Virus record (IMG/VR): IMGVR_UViG_3300042013_000045
Span: 32,001-96,000 of that record
Strand: one strand, 5' to 3'
Source: a virus
DNA length: 64,000 bases
The notes beneath the pieces are model-generated. The model ran no database searches and had not been told where the DNA came from. It saw only the letters and a list, made by a program, of their open reading frames with translations. Of this stretch, positions 38,798 through 48,094 are shown in pieces. The position numbers and the translations under genes are program-made. Each line of letters starts with the position of its first letter. Within the stretch, counting starts at the first letter, position 1.

Positions 38798-39022
38798 ATG
38801 GAAGCAGACGAAGCATTCACCCCTGAAGATGATGCACCAGAAAAGAAAAAGAAGAGCACGTGGTCTGGAAAGGCCAAACTCTACATCCTGTATACATTCC
38901 TTGCGATGGTTGGCGTCGTAGTCTTCGCTGAGGGTCTACGTGCAGTACTGCACGGCGAGTCCTTCAACATGGAGATCTTCACCAAGGTCTTGGACGGCAT
39001 CATTGCCATCCTCGGCGCATAA
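38798..39022 (+). CDS. Small membrane protein (holin-like topology possible)
   Basis: Charged N-terminus, one TM helix and an amphipathic helix. Confidence 0.5.
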   Translation: MEADEAFTPEDDAPEKKKKSTWSGKAKLYILYTFLAMVGVVVFAEGLRAVLHGESFNMEIFTKVLDGIIAILGA

Positions 39023-39036
39023 CCTACCCCAGACAA

Positions 39037-39085
39037 CATAGATCCCCTCACAGCTCCTTAGAGGGCTGTGAGGGGATCTATGCCG
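39037..39085. terminator. Hairpin between convergent genes
   Basis: catagatcccctcacagc/gctgtgaggggatctatg followed by ccg. Confidence 0.75.
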
Positions 39086-39090
39086 TATGC

Positions 39091-40104
39091 TTAACGGAAC
39101 TCGTGGTCACCATCACCACGGATACGTGCTTTGAGGTCATTGTGGAAAGTATCCGCATCGCTGCCTTTGTTGAGCAGGGCTGCTTGGATAGTATTCGTCA
39201 GACCGTGGAGGCTGGATTTCAGCGTGGCTTCACGGCGTGTGTCGTTATAGGACAGTACACCTGCCATCCCAGAACAACGATCAGCCAAGTCTACCAAGGC
39301 GTCTTTGTTCTTCTCGAGGTTTTCAGTAGAAGCCTTGGAATCAATCTCAGCTTCCTTCTGCTTACGTTCAACCTTACCAGGACAAACGCCACTGCCCCAA
39401 CCACACTTGCCGCACTCGCAGCTTGGTGGTGGAAACTCTTCCAACGACGCTACATTCTTACACTGGTTAGGTAGATCGTACTGGGTCTTGAACAACTCAC
39501 GCACGTAAGCCAGATCTTCGTCGCTCTTACGGCCAGGGGAGATGATACGGATATCAGTCATCTCGAATGGCAGCTTGACTTGACTGAAGTCAAAGCCTTC
39601 TGGTAGGGTGCCGCGCAGTTCAAAGTCGATCTTCACATGAGGCACAGGAGCTCCTGTAGGGCCAGTGAAGACGTCCACTTCGAATTCCAGGTCAGTACCG
39701 GGTAGAGGGAAGTAGTAGCGCTTCTTGCGAAGCCCAGAGCTTGCCAGCACCTTAAACAGATTGAACATGTCGATGCTGGAAGGAGCCTCGCATTCCAAGT
39801 TGCCGTTGGGTGCCTTTACCTTGGTGGTGAGGACGTAGACAGGCTCGCCAGTATTACGCTGACTCATGCGCACACGTACGTTACCCGAGCCTGCGTTCTC
39901 GTCACTGCCTGGAACGTACAGACCCCACTGCTCTTGGATCTCCCAGCCTGTAGCAGCGTCGAGGTCATCCATGTTACGCATGGTGCCGTAGATCTCAATC
40001 TCCTTCTCCACCTGAGTCTTGCCATCAGGGGTAGGAGCGGCTTCCATGCTGATCACCGGTAGGTTCACCGGGTTCAATGCAGCCATCAAGGCTTGTCTGC
40101 TCAT
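39091..40104 (-). CDS. CYTH-like (triphosphate tunnel metalloenzyme) domain protein
   Basis: EKEIE, RVR, LTTK, KKRY, EVDVF and IDFE motifs in CYTH order. Confidence 0.6.
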   Translation of the reverse strand: MSRQALMAALNPVNLPVISMEAAPTPDGKTQVEKEIEIYGTMRNMDDLDAATGWEIQEQWGLYVPGSDENAGSGNVRVRMSQRNTGEPVYVLTTKVKAPNGNLECEAPSSIDMFNLFKVLASSGLRKKRYYFPLPGTDLEFEVDVFTGPTGAPVPHVKIDFELRGTLPEGFDFSQVKLPFEMTDIRIISPGRKSDEDLAYVRELFKTQYDLPNQCKNVASLEEFPPPSCECGKCGWGSGVCPGKVERKQKEAEIDSKASTENLEKNKDALVDLADRCSGMAGVLSYNDTRREATLKSSLHGLTNTIQAALLNKGSDADTFHNDLKARIRGDGDHEFR

Positions 40105-40150
40105 CGGTCAATCTCACAAAAAAGAAAGGAAAGAAAAAGTTACGTCATAT

Positions 40151-40183
40151 AAAAAGGAGGAGAGAGCCGAAGCTCTCTCCTCC
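40151..40183 (-). terminator. Intrinsic terminator
   Basis: 12-bp stem ggaggagagagc/gctctctcctcc, TTCG loop, T5 tract on the minus strand. Confidence 0.85.
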
Positions 40184-40193
40184 CTATTGGGTG

Positions 40194-42179
40194 TTATGCG
40201 CGACGGACGCCAACGACGTCACGTGCACCGGCCATGCCAACCAATTCCAGAACGATGTTGTCAGCTGTCACGACATGAACGCGGCCAGGAGCCGAGGACT
40301 TGCGGGCGATCAGGTACAGACCGTTCAGGGCATCACGCAGTTCAGGATCGGCGCCAGCGCCAGAACCCTGTGCCACGCGAGGTTCAGCATCAACCATGCC
40401 GAAAGCTTCCAGATCAATGTTCACCGAGAGCGAAGCGGAAGGCTTCAGGATCACGACGACGTTTTCACGGTAGGCGATGTAGGCAGGGCTGTCTTCTTCG
40501 GCTTCAGGCAGGAGATCTTGAGAAGCGATCACGTCCTTACGGCCATCGGCTTCTTTCAGCACGACCAGAGTCGGCACCAAGTTACGGGTGCGAGCCAGGT
40601 ACTGCGCTGTGAAACCGGCGTTGCGTGCTTTGGTCATGATTTCAAGCAGGTCAGCGAAGTCGTCGATAAACGAACCCACTTCCAACTTGCCACCGAACCC
40701 GAACGCGTAACGCAGCGAGTGGTTCACTTCTTCAGTGTAGTGCTTGTCGATGTGATCCAGTACGGACTCATCAACCTTGCCGCGCAGACCTTGCAGACGC
40801 TTCTGCAAGATGTCCAGGCCACCGTCGCTACCGATCAGATTGCTCAGGCTTTCCAGCTCAGCGGTACCCTTGCCCGAGGAAGGCAGGATTTCCACGATCA
40901 TGTTCTGCGCAGCGGCAATGTTCTTGCCAGTTTGCAGACGCAGCGACGTCGCTTTGATCAGACCATCACGCAGAGTGGACGCAACCACTTGACCTTGGTC
41001 GACTTCAACGCTGGTCAGATCCATTTCGGTGATCAGGGTCAGGCGCGCTTGATCAACTTGACCAGTCAGCTTGTCCAGATCCACGGTGTCCAGGTCACTG
41101 CCCGGCAGAGAGATCTCGGAACCGATGGCACCACCGGTAGCGTTACGGGTACGGCGCTCGTCATTCGGACGCTTCAGCGCCTTGATTTCGTGGGCAGCAA
41201 AACTCAGATCATCAGTCATCGGCAAGAACTCCTCGCGCACTTTGCCATCTTGACCTTTCACCAGGAAGCGTACTTCCTGATCAGGGTCGTAGGAACGGCA
41301 GAACATTTGCTTCGGTGTCCAGGTCCATTCAAGGTCGGACACGTGGGCAAGCTGCCAGTTTTCGCCGTTGTCCCAGAAGCTGTCGAAGGGACGAGCCTTC
41401 GTGAAGTCTGGGCCAGCATTATCTTCGATTACGTCAACAGGTTCGCTGTGACGGTGCAGACGGGATTCTTGTTCCACTTCACGAGGCTCCTGTGTGCGCG
41501 AACCACGTGCCAGCGGCGAGCTGTTACGGGAATCACGCGATGGGGAATCATCAGCGTTACGGGCGGATTCACGAGGCTTATCGCGACCCCCACCAAAACC
41601 ACCAGTCATGCGGGTGTCATCACGACCCCCACTGCGGCTTGTACGGCCACCACGGCTGTCATCACGACCACCGCGGGATGCAGGAGGACGGGACTGGGTG
41701 TAGCCGATACCGGTATTACGGCTATTGCGATCGTTGTCGCGGCCACCACGGTCACGACGATCATCACGACCACCGCGGTCGCGGCTATTACTGCGGCCAC
41801 CACGGGTAGCACGCTCGTAATCGTCTTCGACCTTGTCCCAGTCACGGGCCGACGTTTGAAGATCACGCCATACGCGGTCGTCATCGATCGCGTTAGCCAG
41901 CTTCTTGTCGCCGATAACCCAGACGGCAATGCCCTGAGCCACAGCTTCGTCGGTGCACGATTCGATGAGTTTGTCTTCCTCACGATCGTTGCGGCAGTTT
42001 TCCCAGTCCAGCTCGACCATTTTCAACGTATGGTCAAACAACGTCTTCATGTCGCTGTTGTTGTAGTTGCGATCGCTCATGAACTCGTCATAAGCGTCGC
42101 GCAGGTCGTTATCTTTCGCACCGTTCTGAATGATGTCGATCAGGCGGTCGTAGATTACGTCTTCAAGTGTCTTTGCCAT
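40194..42179 (-). CDS. Hypothetical protein with RGG/RD-rich disordered segment
   Basis: 661 aa, GGAG RBS, downstream of the RNAP subunit gene. Confidence 0.7.
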   Translation of the reverse strand: MAKTLEDVIYDRLIDIIQNGAKDNDLRDAYDEFMSDRNYNNSDMKTLFDHTLKMVELDWENCRNDREEDKLIESCTDEAVAQGIAVWVIGDKKLANAIDDDRVWRDLQTSARDWDKVEDDYERATRGGRSNSRDRGGRDDRRDRGGRDNDRNSRNTGIGYTQSRPPASRGGRDDSRGGRTSRSGGRDDTRMTGGFGGGRDKPRESARNADDSPSRDSRNSSPLARGSRTQEPREVEQESRLHRHSEPVDVIEDNAGPDFTKARPFDSFWDNGENWQLAHVSDLEWTWTPKQMFCRSYDPDQEVRFLVKGQDGKVREEFLPMTDDLSFAAHEIKALKRPNDERRTRNATGGAIGSEISLPGSDLDTVDLDKLTGQVDQARLTLITEMDLTSVEVDQGQVVASTLRDGLIKATSLRLQTGKNIAAAQNMIVEILPSSGKGTAELESLSNLIGSDGGLDILQKRLQGLRGKVDESVLDHIDKHYTEEVNHSLRYAFGFGGKLEVGSFIDDFADLLEIMTKARNAGFTAQYLARTRNLVPTLVVLKEADGRKDVIASQDLLPEAEEDSPAYIAYRENVVVILKPSASLSVNIDLEAFGMVDAEPRVAQGSGAGADPELRDALNGLYLIARKSSAPGRVHVVTADNIVLELVGMAGARDVVGVRRA

Positions 42180-42204
42180 GTTGCATTTGCTCCAATTGGA
42201 TATA

Positions 42205-43848
42205 TTAGTTTCGCTGGATCAGACGTTGTACACCGTCTAGAAGTGGCTTAAACTTCTCTTTTCGCAACACAGTGTGGTGCGGACCCAACGCTACGCAGGG
42301 GTTGAGCCTACTGTTGCCAATAGGGTTGGACTTCGGCAAACTACAGAACCCGGTGACTTCAGCATAGCTGGCATCCAGGAACATTGTCGGTCCGACCGGT
42401 TTCGTTTCCTGACTCTTACCACGGCCATGCATGTCGCTCTGTTGAACGATGACTGAGGTAATCTTGAAGAACAAGTTGTCAGATGGATTCGATACCGAAC
42501 TCACTTCAGGGTGTTCAGACCCTGTGGTGATCCCATGGATCAGGCGGGGCTTAAAGTAGGTACGCAGGATGTCTTCGTAATCCTTGTTGGTAAATACCTT
42601 TTTCGTGTTGCTGGTGATCTTGAAGAGGAATTCGAACATGGCGTTGTTGATGTTACGCAAAAGGTAACGCAACACTTCCAGACGCTTGCCGTACAGACTG
42701 GCCACCTGAGTAGCGTTCTGCTCCAGCATGGACGGCATGTTCAGCATCATGTGCACGAAGAGATCGTAAAGATTCTCGCAGTACACCTCGACTTCCATCA
42801 GGGTTTTCTTGACTTCGTGGTCGACATAGCCGTCCAACGATTTCAAGTGAGTGTTCACATCCTCCACAAGCTTACCGTGGGATGGTTCGTCACCGAACTG
42901 GATGTAACCCATGAACACCTTCCACATGTCGCTGTCGCCGACGTCAGCAGGTTCGTTGACATGATCAGGGAAATGATCGATGACATAGAAGAACCCGACG
43001 ATGAGGCTTTCAACCAGCGGTGTGAAGTGTTGACGTTTCACCACCACGATCAGATCAGTTGCAATCTGAGCGTACTCACGCCGTCCACGCAAACCTTCAG
43101 GCTTGTTCTTCGCGGAGGAACACACGATGTATTCCGACTCAGGATACAGCTCTTTGTCGTATTCCGATTCGCGCATCACGATTGGCTGAGCATTGGTGTA
43201 CTTGTCAAAGGTCTCGTAGAAACCATACTTACAGAACAGATAGTGAGCGAGGGTGCTCTGAACCCGACCGAGGTAGATCAGGGTGCTTCTGTTCTTGGAT
43301 CGTTTACCACCCTTGTTGTGCAGCGATGACCAGATGACATACTTCGATACCCGGACCCCGTCTATTACAAGCCAGGATGTGGATCGATTGAATGTCACAG
43401 GAGCGCGAGGCATTCGAATGAACACGTCGTTTTCACTGGTCGAGAAGGCGATATCTCCCATCACGGGACTTACGGCGAATTGCTTGCCGGTGATGTAAAG
43501 CATACCTGCTTGTCGAACAAATGGGAGGTACATGTAGCAGGGAGGTAAGTCCTTGCCATGGTTACGGAACAGGTACTTCACCAGATAAACGTCGCTACGG
43601 GCTAAATCGAATACACGATTCGGGCCATTACGAGATTTAGTGACAACGTTGTACTCCTCTAATGGGTTGCACCGCTCGCTTCTGACAAACTCAAACCCCT
43701 CAGGGTATTGAGACACACCGCAATTGATGATGTTGTCGACATAAGCCTGTGCTGCCTTGATATCCAAGCAAGCCAGGCCCTTGACAACATCCTCGTTGAA
43801 TTTAGGACTACGCTTGCGGTGCATATAAGCGAACAAATCGGTGTCCAT
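42205..43848 (-). CDS. Non-virion RNA polymerase beta-like subunit (phiKZ gp123-type)
   Basis: 547 aa with YLPFV...G..YITG..F...PV, resembling the RNAP beta N-terminus; two genes from the capsid gene as in recalled phiKZ order. Confidence 0.65.
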   Translation of the reverse strand: MDTDLFAYMHRKRSPKFNEDVVKGLACLDIKAAQAYVDNIINCGVSQYPEGFEFVRSERCNPLEEYNVVTKSRNGPNRVFDLARSDVYLVKYLFRNHGKDLPPCYMYLPFVRQAGMLYITGKQFAVSPVMGDIAFSTSENDVFIRMPRAPVTFNRSTSWLVIDGVRVSKYVIWSSLHNKGGKRSKNRSTLIYLGRVQSTLAHYLFCKYGFYETFDKYTNAQPIVMRESEYDKELYPESEYIVCSSAKNKPEGLRGRREYAQIATDLIVVVKRQHFTPLVESLIVGFFYVIDHFPDHVNEPADVGDSDMWKVFMGYIQFGDEPSHGKLVEDVNTHLKSLDGYVDHEVKKTLMEVEVYCENLYDLFVHMMLNMPSMLEQNATQVASLYGKRLEVLRYLLRNINNAMFEFLFKITSNTKKVFTNKDYEDILRTYFKPRLIHGITTGSEHPEVSSVSNPSDNLFFKITSVIVQQSDMHGRGKSQETKPVGPTMFLDASYAEVTGFCSLPKSNPIGNSRLNPCVALGPHHTVLRKEKFKPLLDGVQRLIQRN

Positions 43849-43859
43849 ATTCCCTCTGG

Positions 43860-44930
43860 TTAGCTAGATGTCTTGAATTTCGACCACAGCCCGTAGATAG
43901 TGATGGCTGCCCCTAGCAGCCCTGCGATTGTTTTCGCCCCCTCAACCCAGTTGCGTCGAGAGTACATCTCCTTATCCTGGATGGCTTTAGCTATGGCCCC
44001 CTCGTTGCGTATCTGTTGAATGCGCTCGTCCGCTGTCAATTGATCCTGACGCATCTTCGCCTCTTCAACTTTCTTATTGGCAGTGATCAGCTCTACCATG
44101 TTCTTCGCCATGGCTTCGACTGGACCGCCGTTCTTCGCGTCCTCCACTGTACGGTGCAATGAGAATGTAGCATCAGCATCCTCAAAGGTGAATGACCGGT
44201 GAATGGTGTCAGAACACTGAGGTCCTTCGCCCACTGGAGTCCGCGTGACCAGGTGAACGCCGCTTGGATAACTCAAGTCTCTCTCCACTGGGATGAAATA
44301 GATCTGTCCCCCAATGTTGATGTACCTGTGAGCCCGCTGACTCCCAGGCTGGTTATCCACGGCCTTCAGCATCATGATGAATGTAACATCAGACACCCCT
44401 GGCACTATCGCTTCCATCACGGCCCTGTGACGCTGGCTACGGCAGAACGGATGATCCGCTCCACGGTCGCTGAACCACTCGACCAAAAGGTCAAGATCGG
44501 GCATATAGCAACGCCCGCCGGCGTCCAAGAGATCGCGATGGTAAATGACGTATTCCACACTCGCCTCAAGACGGGTGTTGTTATTGTTGTACAGCGCATT
44601 GTCATACGCTTTGATCCACTGATCCCGTTCGGTGTCATCACCAACAGAATCGGTACGCAATACTTCCAACGCTCGCTCCATCACGTCTCGCTGCATAAGC
44701 CGAGCGACGCAGATGACAATCTCATCAGCAGAAGAACGAGAGGTAGGTTGCAGGATGTTGACAGTCCCATCACGTTCGGTGATAGAGATCGCCCTGTCGC
44801 TATGGTTGAAATAACTCACGGTTACGCACGAGTCGACTTTACCGCTTACGTGACTACGGCTGGCAGTGCGAATACGGGTTGCTTGCTTGGGTTGATATGG
44901 TAGCGAAGTGTTACGTGCGTCCGCAGTCAT
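43860..44930 (-). CDS. Conserved phiKZ-like hypothetical protein with C-terminal hydrophobic helix
   Basis: 356 aa from MTADAR; coiled coil plus hydrophobic tail. Confidence 0.6.
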   Translation of the reverse strand: MTADARNTSLPYQPKQATRIRTASRSHVSGKVDSCVTVSYFNHSDRAISITERDGTVNILQPTSRSSADEIVICVARLMQRDVMERALEVLRTDSVGDDTERDQWIKAYDNALYNNNNTRLEASVEYVIYHRDLLDAGGRCYMPDLDLLVEWFSDRGADHPFCRSQRHRAVMEAIVPGVSDVTFIMMLKAVDNQPGSQRAHRYINIGGQIYFIPVERDLSYPSGVHLVTRTPVGEGPQCSDTIHRSFTFEDADATFSLHRTVEDAKNGGPVEAMAKNMVELITANKKVEEAKMRQDQLTADERIQQIRNEGAIAKAIQDKEMYSRRNWVEGAKTIAGLLGAAITIYGLWSKFKTSS

Positions 44931-45053
44931 AGAGAGACGACCTTTATTTAAAAAATGACATGATAAGGCAATCATCATGCCTTTAGTTCCAGTTTATAAT
45001 GTACGGCTGTAAACTGGTTGAGTCGTTCTCTATATAAAGGGAGGTGTACTTAT

Positions 45054-45098
45054 AAAAGAAATAAAAGACATCCGGGGACCCGAAGGCCCCCGGATGTC
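45054..45098 (-). terminator. Intrinsic terminator after the major capsid gene
   Basis: gacatccgggg/ccccggatgtc stem, TTCG loop, T-rich tail on the minus strand. Confidence 0.8.
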
Positions 45099-45131
45099 TC
45101 AAGTGCAGCAGGTGCGCCTAACCCTTACGGA

Positions 45132-47393
45132 TTAAGGGGCGGTAGTACCATTACCGGTGTCACCAGCGTCAGCGCCGTCGGCACCAGGGACGACAGGGGC
45201 AACTGGATCGGTGGTACCAGTGGTACCTTGAAATGTTTCCACCGGAATCTTCCAACCCTCCGACAGTACTTCCGCCAGGCCTTCGATCTTCACCTTGCCC
45301 CAGATTGGGAGGTGGTTCACGTGACGGCTGCGCGGCTGAACCATGGCTTCGCGGATCTGCGCGTCGTTGCGAGCAACGTTGACGTGCGAGATCAGCTCTG
45401 GAATCCACAGCATCGAACCGGAGTTCAGTGGGTCCAGGCCTTCGGTGTTACGGACGAAGGTCCAGTAGATCTCGCCACGGATACGGGCGTCCATGGAGGT
45501 CACTTTGTCGAACTCGACGCCGTCACCCAGAGTGCGGCTGTCGCCTGGCACTACGATGAAACGGTTGATCTTCGGATCGGTACCGATACGCACGTGGATA
45601 GCTTCACCGCTGTAGCCAGTGTAAGCGTCCAGAGCAGTCTGGTAGTTCGATTCGACGATAGCGTCGTACACGTCGTTGCGCAGAACGTTAACGATTGCAG
45701 CCTGGATGTCCAGAACGCGCTCGTGCGACTTCAGCGACACGACTGCTTTACGCAGGTCGAGAACGGTTTCGCGGAACCATGGGCGAACCAGGAAGCGAGC
45801 GATACCTTCAACTTCAGGCAGCAAGTCGTTGGCAGGCATCTCGTCAGCCAGGAACTTCCAGCGGGCCAGGTTTTCGGTGTAACGGATCAGCTGAGTCACG
45901 GCGTTGTTGCTGTTACGCAGGCGCGCAGCAGTGATCAACAGGTCGATGTCAGAGGCGTCACGCTGTTCGGCCAGCGGCGAAGGCATGGAGAACGGAGCAC
46001 CCAGCATTACTGGGTAGCGCTCGGTGTACTCGGAGCTGTTCAGTTGCAGACCGCGCAGACGACGGTTGGCGTTGGACAGACGAGCAGCAGGTTCCCAGCC
46101 CAGTGGCTTCAGGTCAGCCAGTTGAGCAACCAGTTCTTTGGCCGGGGAGGCTTCCAGATCCAGCTTCTCGCCAGCGGCGTTGACGATACCAGCGATGGTG
46201 ATCGGCATGGCGCTAACTTCGGCGTTGCCTTTTTCGGTGTTCACATCACCAGTGATGGTCATGTTCAGGGTAACGACGTAGTCGCCGTCAACGATCTGCT
46301 TCAGAACCGGATCAGTGAACGGCAGGCCCAGGTGGTCCAGGGACTTGCTGTTGATCTGGATCGAGCTGTTACGGAAGCTCAGCTCTTGTTCACGGGCCAA
46401 GCCCTGTGGCGGCTTGATGAACGCAGCACGCGGCATGTTTTCGGTATCAATGCGGATAACGTCGCCATCGCCTTTCTGGAGATAGACGGACTTCAGCGCA
46501 GTGGTACGGTCCAGGCTGTCGGTGTTGTCAGCTTGGCCGGCGATCTTGACCAGAGTGTTCTGGGCCAGGCCGATCAGGTTGACGCGCTTGCCGAACAGGA
46601 GCGGCGAAGTGGTGACGGTGCGGTTGCCCAGGTCGATGGTGCGGGAAGGAACGATGGCTTCGCTAACGAAGAGGTCCTTGTTACCGGCATGGATTTCTGG
46701 GATCAGCGTGGTGCTTTCGTCAGCCAGGATCTTGTAGTTGATCGCAGCTTCCAACAGACGGCGCTGTTTGAAGTCCTGGTGATCGCCCTTGGTGTTGTGC
46801 AGGAAGTGGTTCAGAACCAGCTGGCTGCGGATGGACAGGTCGGCGCCGCCGTTGTCCGGGGTCAGAACCACGGTACGGTAGTAGCCTTCACCGAAAGCGT
46901 CCTGACGGGCGGTTTTCAGGTTGTACATCATGGACAGACCGATGAAGTCGGTCAGGTTCGAGTTTTCGAACGCTTCCATGGCCGGAGCCATTTTGTCGAC
47001 GTAGTCGAACTCGCTCGGCGATTCGATGCCGACGATGTGCATGTTTTCGTTGCTGACGCTCATGTTCGGAGCTTTCATCGCCGCAGCGTGATAAGCTTTC
47101 GGATCAAGAGCAGCCATTGCGATTACAGCAGCAGCGTTCTTTTGGGTCTCGGACGGGCCATTGGCGCCGAACAGACCGTTAACAGCGTTGCCGATGTGGC
47201 TGGCCAGCATTTCGAGGCTGGTGGTCACGTTACCAGCAACAACAGCGTCCAGACCTTCCATGCTGGCCACTTGGCCGGACATTTCAGGAGTGTACGAACC
47301 AAAAGTACCTTGAAGGAGATCGTTCTGCATGGATGCGGCGCGAGCCGTCATCTCTTTGCTAACGCTCTCGGTATTCTTACCGACTACGGCCAT
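45132..47393 (-). CDS. Major capsid protein (phiKZ gp120-type)
   Basis: 753 aa, extreme codon bias, propeptide with SME/AME sites, QDAFGE..Y.TVV.TPD motif, next to the DnaB-like gene. Confidence 0.8.
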   Translation of the reverse strand: MAVVGKNTESVSKEMTARAASMQNDLLQGTFGSYTPEMSGQVASMEGLDAVVAGNVTTSLEMLASHIGNAVNGLFGANGPSETQKNAAAVIAMAALDPKAYHAAAMKAPNMSVSNENMHIVGIESPSEFDYVDKMAPAMEAFENSNLTDFIGLSMMYNLKTARQDAFGEGYYRTVVLTPDNGGADLSIRSQLVLNHFLHNTKGDHQDFKQRRLLEAAINYKILADESTTLIPEIHAGNKDLFVSEAIVPSRTIDLGNRTVTTSPLLFGKRVNLIGLAQNTLVKIAGQADNTDSLDRTTALKSVYLQKGDGDVIRIDTENMPRAAFIKPPQGLAREQELSFRNSSIQINSKSLDHLGLPFTDPVLKQIVDGDYVVTLNMTITGDVNTEKGNAEVSAMPITIAGIVNAAGEKLDLEASPAKELVAQLADLKPLGWEPAARLSNANRRLRGLQLNSSEYTERYPVMLGAPFSMPSPLAEQRDASDIDLLITAARLRNSNNAVTQLIRYTENLARWKFLADEMPANDLLPEVEGIARFLVRPWFRETVLDLRKAVVSLKSHERVLDIQAAIVNVLRNDVYDAIVESNYQTALDAYTGYSGEAIHVRIGTDPKINRFIVVPGDSRTLGDGVEFDKVTSMDARIRGEIYWTFVRNTEGLDPLNSGSMLWIPELISHVNVARNDAQIREAMVQPRSRHVNHLPIWGKVKIEGLAEVLSEGWKIPVETFQGTTGTTDPVAPVVPGADGADAGDTGNGTTAP

Positions 47394-47524
47394 TTCTTTC
47401 TCTCCGGAGGATTGCTGCTCGAGCAGCGGGTTTTGTCGTGTCGAATAGTGTTAAGAACTACGCAAAACGGCAATTTTTTACATACCATTATTTAATAAAT
47501 GGAAAATGCGTTGAATTCGTTGTG

Positions 47525-48055
47525 TTAGTTAATTTGTATTTCTCGTACATACTGTTTGAAAACGTTCGTGCGCACGTAGTCACGGAAGTTCATCAAACCA
47601 TGCAACTTCTCAGCGAATGTTTCTGCGAAGGTCTTGGAACGGGGTTCACCGTCCATACCCATATCGCATCGCAACAGGAGCACGTCTTCGTCAGCCAGTT
47701 CAATTGACAGGCCGTACTTGATACCATGACCTTCACCATTCTTGGTAGCAGTCGCTCCATAGATAAAGGTATCAACAGGAACGTTGGCGTAAGCAGCCCG
47801 CTTCTCGAGACCAAGGATAGGGAGGCAGCACCCGAAGTCGTAGGTCATCAAGCCTGCGGATTTCTGATCAATCCCGGCGACAGCCGCGACACACTCGATG
47901 ATGTTGAAATTGGCCATCTGGTAAAGTTCAACATCTCTTGTCGATAGTATGCACGACAACTTTTCCAAGCTAACGAGATCCTGGTTACTGATACCCATCT
48001 CTTTAGCTACTCGGTCAAGCCACCGAGGTACAAACACGATTTTGTACTGACTCAT
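47525..48055 (-). CDS. Hypothetical, probably head-associated protein
   Basis: 176 aa between the capsid and helicase genes. Confidence 0.55.
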   Translation of the reverse strand: MSQYKIVFVPRWLDRVAKEMGISNQDLVSLEKLSCILSTRDVELYQMANFNIIECVAAVAGIDQKSAGLMTYDFGCCLPILGLEKRAAYANVPVDTFIYGATATKNGEGHGIKYGLSIELADEDVLLLRCDMGMDGEPRSKTFAETFAEKLHGLMNFRDYVRTNVFKQYVREIQIN

Positions 48056-48094
48056 CTCTTTTTACCTCTGCGTAACCGCAGTTCTAGGACTGGT

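Noticed and set aside
40077-47495. Antisense ORFs of 724 aa and 825 aa
   Set aside because: Mirror the 661-aa and capsid genes; composition typical of reverse-frame artefacts
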